In this document: positions 38,800-51,200 of the stretch, one piece after another
Position numbering within the stretch: position 1 is the first letter of the stretch
How the letters are laid out: the number at the start of each line of letters is the position of its first letter
Assembly: GCA_002245135.1 (NCBI GenBank)
Contig: NGBS01000308.1
Span: 62,001-126,000, forward strand
Reading direction: 5' to 3'
DNA length: 64,000 nt
Source of the DNA: Proteromonas lacertae
Taxonomy: Eukaryota
The notes under the pieces: generated by a model
What the model saw: only the letters and a program-made list of their open reading frames with translations
The model's database searches: none
Told to the model about the DNA's origin: nothing
Program-made: the position numbers and the translations under genes

Positions 38800-41700
38800 A
38801 TGGATCATCGATTTGATAAGCCACAAGTCTGTATGATTATTCCTATTATTTATATCTACATTTTTATAGTAACTCCATACAGATCCCTTCGAAAGTTTAA
38901 AACCTTCTCACCATCTAACAAATTAAATAATCAAAATGTAATGAACAATAATGCTTCTATTGGTCCAGAGATAAATATTCCTTCGTATATTGAAGATGAA
39001 AAAACTACTAGAACGCCAAATGCTTCACCTAATCTATTCCCATCTCCACCTTTTACACCACCTCCTGATAATATTAGACCTAACAAAAATACATCAACAT
39101 TAGAAGAAAGCAAAAAATCATCTCCTGAACCAAATGAAAACTCTCACAAAGTATCAAAAGAAGTAGAAATTAGAAATGAAGAAAGTGTTATTATTAAACC
39201 TCCTCCACGTCCTGTAGTTAATACAATATCATTTATCTCAACACCCAAAATAGAGAATAAGAATAAGAAGTTATTAAGTGCATCTACAAATAACCAAATA
39301 TTAGAATTTTACACTCCTCCACCAAAAGAACAAATAAAACAAGAGAAAATCACATATACATCTGTAGAACCAATATTAATAAAAGAAGAATCATTACATA
39401 CAAATAGAGAATCAAGAGTAATAAAAAGAACAATTAATGAAAGTTATATCAATGAAGATAATGAAGAAATTAACCAAGAAAATATCAAGCCTAGTCAAGC
39501 CTCAAAATATCCATCTTATATTCCATTCAATTGGAAAACTTTTGTAATATTTGCAATTATTCAAATCATATCATTTCTTATTTATACTTTAATAATGTGG
39601 TTATTCGTTTGGTCATATATTAAGAATCATTATAGTATTAGAACAACAGAAAATGGTGAATTATCTGTTAATTCATTATCTATATATAAAGGTGATTTTG
39701 AAGTGAATGATATTTATACAAATGCAGTGGTGAATGAAATGAATAACGTAGAAAAATCCTCTAAGAATCATACATTTACATTGACAAAACAATTGATTGA
39801 GAATAATAAAATCAGCAACAAAAATACCACAATCTCAACAAAACAGGTAGAAAACAGAGAAATGAAGAAATCTTCAAAATCACTTCGTCATAATCCAAAA
39901 ATAGAAAGAAATCTAGCCGTTACATACGATACAACTCATCACTTATCTATAGATCCATCCACAGACGAATTATACATCTCTTCACACAGATTAACCAGTG
40001 ATGAGTTATTAATTGATGGAAATAGTTATTTTAAAGGAAATATTATAATGGGAGATCCATTGAAGAATACAACGATATTAGTGAATGGAAATATTGTTTT
40101 TAATACACATAATATAACTGTAAAAAATATAAATATTGAAAATGGATTAATTTCTAATTCAATGATAAAAGGAAATTCAATTATTTTTGATAGAAATACG
40201 AAATATAAAGTGCCATTTATCAATGATGAAGGAAAATTCGATTTTTTAAATGATTTTATCTATTCGAATGGTATTTTAACAACGAAATCCATTCAAAGTA
40301 AAGAAATAAATAATATTGAGAATATAAACAAATTAGAACCTTCTGTATTACATATCTATGATTCTATTAAAACTACAAATTATTTATTTGAAGAAGGGAA
40401 TAATAAATTTACACTGAATGATGGATTAATATCAGATAAGATTCAAACTTTATTCCTTAAAAGTAAAACTTCAGATCCAATCACATTTGAAAGTGATATA
40501 AGTGGAAATAATGTTAATAAAATATCCAAAATCAATAGAATAGAAGTAAATGAAATAAAAGGGAATGATGAAATAATTAAAGTAAAAAGTGATTTAGATT
40601 TTGGAACTAAAAGTATTAAAATGATTGAAAGAATTGATAATATGAAAGAAATGACAATTGGAACAATTAATATAATAGATTCGTTACATGTCAAATCAAT
40701 TGATAATGGTATTAGTTCTATTGATATGAATAGTGATGTAAATATGAAGAATAAAGATATTAATAATATAAAATCATTATATTCGAATACAATCAATGTA
40801 GAAACACTTCAAAGAGGTAATAGTGATAATACTATTAAAGTGTCAAGCAAATTGAATTTACAGAATACATATGATATTGTAAATGTAAGGGAAATACAAT
40901 CAAATAATATAAAAGTAAATAAAATAGAGAGTAAAGACGGTTCTACTCCATTACAAATAAGTAGTGATGTTAATATAAACAGAATAACAGCCGGAATAAT
41001 CAATACAAATACACTTAAAGCAGAATATAAAATAGATGTTAATACTGTATTTGATATGAATAATAATGATATAAATAATGTAAAATTGTTAAACTCTAAA
41101 GAAACAAATATTAATGAATTACATGTTAAATCTATTGATAATAATGCTAATGCTATTGATATAAACAGTGAAATGAATGTAAAAAAAATAATGAAAGTGA
41201 ATACTATTGAAAGTCTTAATCCCTCTGATTCTATTGAAATAAAGAGTAATATAAAAACAGATCATATATTTTCAGCAAGTAGTATTAAGGTTGAAAGTAT
41301 TGAAGGAGGTGCAAGTGGAAATATTAAAATATCTTCTAATGTTGATATTGGCACTTATAAACTGTCAGTTAGTAATTTGAATATGGGTTCAATTGCTTTA
41401 AGTAATTCAGTTTCTACACCTTTAATTACAGGACCATATTCTGATATTAAAATTAATAAAGATTTGAATTTACAGTCAAAATCTATGAGTAATATAAAGC
41501 AAATAACATCTTCAACACTTAATATAGCAAATCTTCAAAGTAGTAGTGGTTCTGGAGGTAATATTAAAGTGAATAGTGATTTAGATATGTTAAATAATGA
41601 TATTAGTGGGATAAAAGAAATGAGTAGTGGAATAATTAATGTTGGCATAATTCAAAGTAGTGGAATAATTACAGTGAAAGGTAATTTGGATTTATTAAGT

Positions 41701-42114
41701 ATTAATGATATTACGAATGTGAATAATATGAAATCAAATGAGTTGTTTGGTAGTACATTGAGTATTGACAATTTAAAAACATTTACAGGAAGTTCAATCA
41801 ACATATTGAGTGGTATAAATATGAATTCAATGGATATAAGTGGAATAAGCACAATTAGTAGTGGAACAATCAATGTTGGAACTATAATGAGTAGTAGTGG
41901 AAGTACAGGAACAATAATGATATATAGTAATTTAGATATGTTAGGAAATAGTGTTTTACATGTTAATAAACTACAAATTCCAACAGTAATATCTCCAGTT
42001 TCATCTACTTGTGATAAAATAGGAGAAATATATTTTGATTTAACCAATGATAAGATTTATATTTGTAATGGAAGTAAATTTTTGGAATATTCTATTACAC
42101 CTTCATCTCCTTAG
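38800..42114 (+). CDS. Type II membrane fibre-like protein: Pro-rich cytoplasmic N-terminus, TM, degenerate beta repeats, C-terminal Cys domain; 1 in-frame intron
   Basis: TM FVIFAIIQIISFLIYTLIMWLFVW; repeats of the SDLDM.NNDI..I type; C-terminus CDKIGEIYFD...KIYICNGSKF. Confidence 0.8.
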   Translation: MDHRFDKPQVCMIIPIIYIYIFIVTPYRSLRKFKTFSPSNKLNNQNVMNNNASIGPEINIPSYIEDEKTTRTPNASPNLFPSPPFTPPPDNIRPNKNTSTLEESKKSSPEPNENSHKVSKEVEIRNEESVIIKPPPRPVVNTISFISTPKIENKNKKLLSASTNNQILEFYTPPPKEQIKQEKITYTSVEPILIKEESLHTNRESRVIKRTINESYINEDNEEINQENIKPSQASKYPSYIPFNWKTFVIFAIIQIISFLIYTLIMWLFVWSYIKNHYSIRTTENGELSVNSLSIYKGDFEVNDIYTNAVVNEMNNVEKSSKNHTFTLTKQLIENNKISNKNTTISTKQVENREMKKSSKSLRHNPKIERNLAVTYDTTHHLSIDPSTDELYISSHRLTSDELLIDGNSYFKGNIIMGDPLKNTTILVNGNIVFNTHNITVKNINIENGLISNSMIKGNSIIFDRNTKYKVPFINDEGKFDFLNDFIYSNGILTTKSIQSKEINNIENINKLEPSVLHIYDSIKTTNYLFEEGNNKFTLNDGLISDKIQTLFLKSKTSDPITFESDISGNNVNKISKINRIEVNEIKGNDEIIKVKSDLDFGTKSIKMIERIDNMKEMTIGTINIIDSLHVKSIDNGISSIDMNSDVNMKNKDINNIKSLYSNTINVETLQRGNSDNTIKVSSKLNLQNTYDIVNVREIQSNNIKVNKIESKDGSTPLQISSDVNINRITAGIINTNTLKAEYKIDVNTVFDMNNNDINNVKLLNSKETNINELHVKSIDNNANAIDINSEMNVKKIMKVNTIESLNPSDSIEIKSNIKTDHIFSASSIKVESIEGGASGNIKISSNVDIGTYKLSVSNLNMGSIALSNSVSTPLITGPYSDIKINKDLNLQSKSMSNIKQITSSTLNIANLQSSSGSGGNIKVNSDLDMLNNDISGIKEMSSGIINVGIIQSSGIITVKGNLDLLSINDITNVNNMKSNELFGSTLSIDNLKTFTGSSINILSGINMNSMDISGISTISSGTINVGTIMSSSGSTGTIMIYSNLDMLGNSVLHVNKLQIPTVISPVSSTCDKIGEIYFDLTNDKIYICNGSKFLEYSITPSSP

Positions 42115-42173
42115 ATTAAGTATTAATTTATTCTGTTTATGTATTTTTGTTTATAATTGTGTATAAATAAAAA

Positions 42174-42181
42174 AACAAACA
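42174..42181 (-). promoter_or_regulatory. TGTTTGTT 3'-end processing element (also 4700-4707 on + and 60881-60888 on -)
   Basis: Exact octamer downstream of stop codons on the sense strand; matches the GU-rich element known just downstream of Blastocystis poly(A) sites. Confidence 0.55.
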
Positions 42182-42236
42182 ATATAGAAAATAATAAAAA
42201 TTTATAATAAATAGTAATTAAAAGATATAAAAATAA

Positions 42237-45200
42237 TTATGGTGAAGATGATAATTTTTGTAATTGTACTTTCATCCATTGATTGTTTAAACAAATAACA
42301 ATTCCATTATTACCATCTAAATAAATAGCACCTTCATTATCTATATTACAATCTGATGGTTTATTTGGTAATTTAAGCATTGTACCAATAGTGACTGTTC
42401 CTGATGATACAGTTCCAGCTTTAATCTTTCCATCACTTCCTATATTTATTTCTTTTTCTTTAAGTGTTGAACTTCCTAATGTTAATGTTCCTGCTGATAT
42501 TTTACCATCATTTCCTAAGTTCAGATTCTTGTCACTTAATGTTGTTCCACCTAATGTTAATGTTCCTGCTGATATCTTTCCATCATTTCCTATATTTATT
42601 TCTTTTTCTTTAAGTGTTGAACTTCCTAATGTTAATGTTCCTGCTGTTATTTTACCATCACTTTTTAAATCTAATGATTTATCACTTAGTATAGTGTTTG
42701 CCAGAGTTAATTTTCCAGCTTTAATCTCTCCATCATTTCCTATATTTATTTCTTTTTCTTTAAGTGTTGAACTTCCTAATGTTAATGTTCCTGCTGATAT
42801 CTTTCCATCATTTCCTATATTTATTTCTTTTTCTTTAAGTGTTGAACTTCCTAATGTTAATGTTCCTGCTGTTATTTTACCATCACTTTTTAAATCTAAT
42901 GATTTATCACTTAGTATAGTGTTTGCCAGAGTTAATTTTCCAGCTTTAATCTCTCCATCATTTCCTATATTTATTTCTTTTTCTTTAAGTGTTGAACTTC
43001 CTAATGTTAATGTTCCTGCTGTTATTTTACCATCACTTTTTAAATCTAATGATTTATCACTTAGTATAGTGTTTGCCAGAGTTAATTTTCCAGCTTTAAT
43101 CTCTCCATCATTTCCTATATTTATTTCTTTTTCTTTTAGTGTTGAACTTCCTAATGTTAATGTTCCTGCTGTTATTTTACCATCACTTTTTAAATCTAAT
43201 GATTTATCACTTAGTATAGTGTTTGCCAGAGTTAATTTTCCAGCTTTAATCTCTCCATCACTTCCTATATTTATTTCTTTTTCTTTTAGTGTTGAACTTC
43301 CTAATGTTAATGTTCCTGCTGATATCTTTCCATCATTTCCTATATTTATTTCTTTTTTCTTTAAGTGTTGAACTTCCTAATGTTAATGTTCCTGCTGTTA
43401 TTTTACCATCACTTTTTAAATCTAATGATTTATCACTTAGTATAGTGTTTGCCAGAGTTAATTTTCCAGCTTTAATCTCTCCATCACTTCCTATATTTAT
43501 TTCTTTTTCTTTTAGTGTTGAACTTCCTAATGTTAATGTTCCTATATTTATAATACTGTTTGAATTCATATTAAAATCATTATGAACATTAATTGGACTA
43601 TTTGCAACATTAGGATATTTACTATTTATATCACCTACATATAAAAATTTACTCAATTTCATATCTCTATCAACAATAACATCTGATATAGCACTTATTG
43701 TATTACATATAATTTTGTTAGCAGTTACACTATTTGTTGAAGCATCAACATTTGAATAAAATTGTATAGCAGTAGTATCTTTTCCTTCTAATGATTTAAT
43801 CTTGATTATTTTATTACCATTCATATCAAGATCTCCCATTCTAATTATTTTTTTACCATTCATATCAAGATCTTCCATTCCAATTATTTTATGATTATTC
43901 ATATTAATATCACTACTTACAACAATTTCTTTATTATCAGAGGATTGTATTTCTTTCAATGCTAAAGGACTATGAATATAAATTGGACTAGCAGCTACAC
44001 TTTCTATAGTTCCTACATTTAACTTATTGTTTATAGTAACTGTTGATGCTGTAATTATATTTATATGCATATTATCAATATTCTTTATACCTTTTATATT
44101 TAGAAAATCTAAATCATTGTGAATTTGTATATCTGCTGCAACATGATTACTTTTTAAATGATCAACAGTGATTGTGCCAGTTATTATAATACCATTATTA
44201 CTCATACTCAATGTTCCAGCACTTATTATTCCACCTTTCAAATCTAATAATTTATCACTTAATGTTGTTCCACTATTTCCCAATTTTATTGTTCCAGATG
44301 TTATTATTCCATCAGATTTTAAATCTAATAATTTGTTACTTAATTTCGTTCCATCATTTCCTATTTCGATTGTACCTGTACTGATCTTTCCATCATTACC
44401 CATATTCAATGTTCCAGCACTGATTGTGCCAGTGAATATTTGACCACCACCACCCATTTTCAATGTACCAGCACTTAACTCTTTTATATTATAGATATTA
44501 CCATTAGACATATCTATATTATTCAGTATCTTCATATCACTACCACTTAATACTTTTATGTTATTCACACTTAATGTATTTCCAGATAATTCATTAGCTT
44601 CAAACTGTTTTATTTTTATCAGACTGTATTTATCTTGAAAATTCATATCACTGTTGATCATTATTGAACCACTAGCACCACCACCATTATTTTCGATTGT
44701 ACCTATATTCAATGTTCCAGAACTCATTCTTCCATTTGCACCTAAATTCAATGTTCCAGCACTTATTATTCCACCTTTCAAATCTAATAATTTATCATTT
44801 AGAGTTGTCTTTCCTGATCCTAATTCGATTGAACCTGTATTTATATACCCTGCATTACCCATATTCACAGTTCCGGCACTGATTGTTCCACTCGCTCCTA
44901 GATTCAATGTTCCAGCTGTTATTATTCCATCAGATTTTAAATCTAATAATTTGTTACTTAATTTCGTTCCATCATTTCCTATTTCGATTGTACCTGTACT
45001 GATCTTTCCATCATTACCCATATTCAATGTTCCAGCACTGATTGTGCCAGTGAATATTTGACCACCACCACCCATTTTCAATGTACCAGCACTTAACTCT
45101 TTTATATTATAGATATTACCATTAGACATATCTATATTATTCAGAATCTTCATATCACTACCACTTAATACTTTTATGTTATTCACACTTAATGTATTTC

Positions 45201-48200
45201 CACTTAAATTTTCACCTCCTAGTGTTAAAGCATTCAATACACTATATGTTCCTTGTAAATTTAAATCACTATTGATCTTTATATCATTTCCAGCACCATT
45301 ACTACTTTGAATTGTACCAATATTTATTGTTCCACTACTAAGCTCTTTTATTCCACTTATATCTTTGCTTGTTAGCTTCATATTACCATCTATTGTTATT
45401 GTTCCACTACTACCTTTCATTTTATCGATGTTTAATATACCACCACTTATCTCATTCACATTTAATAAATTATATGTTCCTTGTAAATTTAAATCACTAT
45501 TGATCTTTATATCATTTCCAGCACCATTACTACTTTGAATTGTACCAATATTTATTGTTCCACTACTAAGCTCTTTTATTCCACTTATATCTTTGCTTGT
45601 TAACTTCATATTACCATCTATTGTTATTGTTCCACTACTACCTTTCATTTTATCGATGTTTAATATACCACCACTTATCTCATTCACATTTAATAAATTA
45701 TATGTTCCTTGTAAATTTAAATCACTATTGATCTTTATATCATTTCCAGCACCATTACTACTTTGAATTGTACCAATATTTATTGTTCCACTACTAAGCT
45801 CTTTTATTCCACTTATATCTTTATTATCTACTTTTATATTATTCAATATATTGATTGTACTACCACTTAATACTTTTATGTTATTCACACTTAATGTATT
45901 TCCACTTAAATTTTCACCTCCTAGTGTTAAAGCATTCAATACACTATATGTTCCTTGTAAATTTAAATCACTATTGATCTTTATATCATTTCCAGCACCA
46001 TTACTACTTTGAATTGTACCAATATTTATTGTTCCACTACTAAGCTCTTTTATTCCACTTATATCTTTGCTTGTTAACTTCATATTACCATCTATTGTTA
46101 TTGTTCCACTACTACCTTTCATTTTATCGATGTTTAATATACCACCACTTATCTCATTCACATTTAATAAATTATATGTTCCTTGTAAATTTAAATCACT
46201 ATTGATCTTTATATCATTTCCAGCACCATTACTACTTTGAATTGTACCAATATTTATTGTTCCACTACTAAGCTCTTTTATTCCACTTATATCTTTGCTT
46301 GTTAGCTTCATATTACCATCTATTGTTATTGTTCCACTACTACCTTTCATTTTATCGATGTTTAATATACCACCACTTATCTCATTCACATTTAATAAAT
46401 TATATGTTCCTTGTAAATTTAAATCACTATTGATCTTTATATCATTTCCAGCACCATTACTACTTTGAATTGTACCAATATTTATTGTTCCACTACTAAG
46501 CTCTTTTATTCCACTTATATCTTTGCTTGTTAGCTTCATATTACCATCTATTGTTATTGTTCCACTACTACCTTTCATTTTATCGATGTTTAATATACCA
46601 CCACTTATCTCATTCACATTTAATAAATTATATGTTCCTTGTAAATTTAAATCACTATTGATCTTTATATCATTTCCAGCACCATTACTACTTTGAATTG
46701 TACCAATATTTATTGTTCCACTACTAAGCTCTTTTATTCCACTTATATCTTTGCTTGTTAACTTCATATTACCATCTATTGTTATTGTTCCACTACTACC
46801 TTTCATTTTATCGATGTTTAATATACCACCACTTATCTCATTCACATTTAATAAATTATATGTTCCTTGTAAATTTAAATCACTATTGATCTTTATATCA
46901 TTTCCAGCACCATTACTACTTTGAATTGTACCAATATTTATTGTTCCACTACTAAGCTCTTTTATTCCACTTATATCTTTATTATCTACTTTTATATTAT
47001 TCAATATATTGATTGTACTACCACTTAATACTTTTATGTTATTCACACTTAATGTATTTCCACTTAAATTTTCACCTCCTAGTGTTAAAGCATTCAATAC
47101 ACTATATGTTCCTTGTAAATTTAAATCACTATTGATCTTTATATCATTTCCAGCACCATTACTACTTTGAATTGTACCAATATTTATTGTTCCACTACTA
47201 AGCTCTTTTATTCCACTTATATCTTTGCTTGTTAACTTCATATTACCATCTATTGTTATTGTTCCACTACTACCTTTCATTTTATCGATGTTTAATATAC
47301 CACCACTTATCTCATTCACATTTAATAAATTATATGTTCCTTGTAAATTTAAATCACTATTGATCTTTATATCATTTCCAGCACCATTACTACTTTGAAT
47401 TGTACCAATATTTATTGTTCCACTACTAAGCTCTTTTATTCCACTTATATCTTTGCTTGTTAACTTCATATTACCATCTATTGTTATTGTTCCACTACTA
47501 CCTTTCATTTTATCGATGTTTAATATACCACCACTTATCTCATTCACATTTAATAAATTATATGTTCCTTGTAAATTTAAATCACTATTGATCTTTATAT
47601 CATTTCCAGCACCATTACTACTTTGAATTGTACCAATATTTATTGTTCCACTACTAAGCTCTTTTATTCCACTTATATCTTTGCTTGTTAGCTTCATATT
47701 ACCATCTATTGTTATTGTTCCACTACTACCTTTCATTTTATCGATGTTTAATATACCACCACTTATCTCATTCACATTTAATAAATTATATGTTCCTTGT
47801 AAATTTAAATCACTATTGATCTTTATATCATTTCCAGCACCATTACTACTTTGAATTGTACCAATATTTATTGTTCCACTACTAAGCTCTTTTATTCCAC
47901 TTATATCTTTGCTTGTTAACTTCATATTACCATCTATTGTTATTGTTCCACTACTACCTTTCATTTTATCGATGTTTAATATACCACCACTTATCTCATT
48001 CACATTTAATAAATTATATGTTCCTTGTAAATTTAAATCACTATTGATCTTTATATCATTTCCAGCACCATTACTACTTTGAATTGTACCAATATTTATT
48101 GTTCCACTACTAAGCTCTTTTATTCCACTTATATCTTTATTATCTACTTTTATATTATTCAATATATTGATTGTACTACCACTTAATACTTTTATGTTAT

Positions 48201-51200
48201 TCACACTTAATGTATTTCCACTTAAATTTTCACCTCCTAGTGTTAAAGCATTCAATACACTATATGTTCCTTGTAAATTTAAATCACTATTGATCTTTAT
48301 ATCATTTCCAGCACCATTACTACTTTGAATTGTACCAATATTTATTGTTCCACTACTAAGCTCTTTTATTCCACTTATATCTTTGCTTGTTAACTTCATA
48401 TTACCATCTATTGTTATTGTTCCACTACTACCTTTCATTTTATCGATGTTTAATATACCACCACTTATCTCATTCACATTTAATAAATTATATGTTCCTT
48501 GTAAATTTAAATCACTATTGATCTTTATATCATTTCCAGCACCATTACTACTTTGAATTGTACCAATATTTATTGTTCCACTACTAAGCTCTTTTATTCC
48601 ACTTATATCTTTGCTTGTTAACTTCATATTACCATCTATTGTTATTGTTCCACTACTACCTTTCATTTTATCGATGTTTAATATACCACCACTTATCTCA
48701 TTCACATTTAATAAATTATATGTTCCTTGTAAATTTAAATCACTATTGATCTTTATATCATTTCCAGCACCATTACTACTTTGAATTGTACCAATATTTA
48801 TTGTTCCACTACTAAGCTCTTTTATTCCACTTATATCTTTGCTTGTTAACTTCATATTACCATCTATTGTTATTGTTCCACTACTACCTTTCATTTTATC
48901 GATGTTTAATATACCACCACTTATCTCATTCACATTTAATAAATTATATGTTCCTTGTAAATTTAAATCACTATTGATCTTTATATCATTTCCAGCACCA
49001 TTACTACTTTGAATTGTACCAATATTTATTGTTCCACTACTAAGCTCTTTTATTCCACTTATATCTTTATTATCTACTTTTATATTATTCAATATATTGA
49101 TTGTACTACCACTTAATACTTTTATGTTATTCACACTCAATGTATTTCCACTTAAATTTTCACCTCCTAGTGTTAAAGCATTCAATACACTATATGTTCC
49201 TTGCAAATTTAAATCACTATTGATCTTTATATCATTTCCAGCACCATTACTACTTTGAATTGTACCAATATTTATTGTTCCACTACTAAGCTCTTTTATT
49301 CCACTTATATCTTTATTATCTACTTTTATATTATTCAATATATTGATTGTACTACCACTTAATACTTTTATGTTATTCACACTCAATGTATTTCCACTTA
49401 AATTTTCACCTCCTAGTGTTAAAGCATTCAATACACTATATGTTCCTTGTAAATTTAAATCACTATTGATCTTTATATCATTTCCAGCACCATTACTACT
49501 TTGAATTGTACCAATATTTATTGTTCCACTACTAAGCTCTTTTATTCCACTTATATCTTTATTATCTACTTTTATATTATTCAATATATTGATTGTACTA
49601 CCACTTAATACTTTTATGTTATTCACACTCAATGTATTTCCACTTAAATTTTCACCTCCTAGTGTTAAAGCATTCAATACACTATATGTTCCTTGTAAAT
49701 TTAAATCACTATTGATCTTTATATCATTTCCAGCACCATTACTACTTTGAATTGTACCAATATTTATTGTTCCACTACTAAGCTCTTTTATTCCACTTAT
49801 ATCTTTGCTTGTTAACTTCATATTACCATCTATTGTTATTGTTCCACTACTACCTTTCATTTTATCGATGTTTAATATACCACCACTTATCTCATTCACA
49901 TTTAATAAATTATATGTTCCTTGTAAATTTAAATCACTATTGATCTTTATATCATTTCCAGCACCATTACTACTTTGAATTGTACCAATATTTATTGTTC
50001 CACTACTAAGCTCTTTTATTCCACTTATATCTTTATTATCTACTTTTATATTATTCAATATATTGATTGTACTACCACTTAATACTTTTATGTTATTCAC
50101 ACTCAATGTATTTCCACTTAAATTTTCACCTCCTAGTGTTAAAGCATTCAATACACTATATGTTCCTTGCAAATTTAAATCACTATTGATCTTTATATCA
50201 TTTCCAGCACCATTACTACTTTGAATTGTACCAATATTTATTGTTCCACTACTAAGCTCTTTTATTCCACTTATATCTTTATTATCTACTTTTATATTAT
50301 TCAATATATTGATTGTACTACCACTTAATACTTTTATGTTATTCACACTCAATGTATTTCCACTTAAATTTTCACCTCCTAGTGTTAAAGCATTCAATAC
50401 ACTATATGTTCCTTGTAAATTTAAATCACTATTGATCTTTATATCATTTCCAGCACCATTACTACTTTGAATTGTACCAATATTTATTGTTCCACTACTA
50501 AGCTCTTTTATTCCACTTATATCTTTGCTTGTTAACTTCATATTACCATCTATTGTTATTGTTCCACTACTACCTTTCATTTTATCGATGTTTAATATAC
50601 CACCACTTATCTCATTCACATTTAATAAATTATATGTTCCTTGTAAATTTAAATCACTATTGATCTTTATATCATTTCCAGCACCATTACTACTTTGAAT
50701 TGTACCAATATTTATTGTTCCACTACTAAGCTCTTTTATTCCACTTATATCTTTGCTTGTTAACTTCATATTACCATCTATTGTTATTGTTCCACTACTA
50801 CCTTTCATTTTATCGATGTTTAATATACCACCACTTATCTCATTCACATTTAATAAATTATATGTTCCTTGTAAATTTAAATCACTATTGATCTTTATAT
50901 CATTTCCAGCACCATTACTACTTTGAATTGTACCAATATTTATTGTTCCACTACTAAGCTCTTTTATTCCACTTATATCTTTGCTTGTTAGCTTCATATT
51001 ACCATCTATTGTTATTGTTCCACTACTACCTTTCATTTTATCGATGTTTAATATACCACCACTTATCTCATTCACATTTAATAAATTATATGTTCCTTGT
51101 AAATTTAAATCACTATTGATCTTTATATCATTTCCAGCACCATTACTACTTTGAATTGTACCAATATTTATTGTTCCACTACTAAGCTCTTTTATTCCAC

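Noticed and set aside
42391..45061. Plus-strand ORFs (42391-43371, 43289-43585, 44168-44443, 44654-45061) and other antisense ORFs in the track
   Set aside because: Antisense shadows of repeat-rich or conserved genes with no independent protein features
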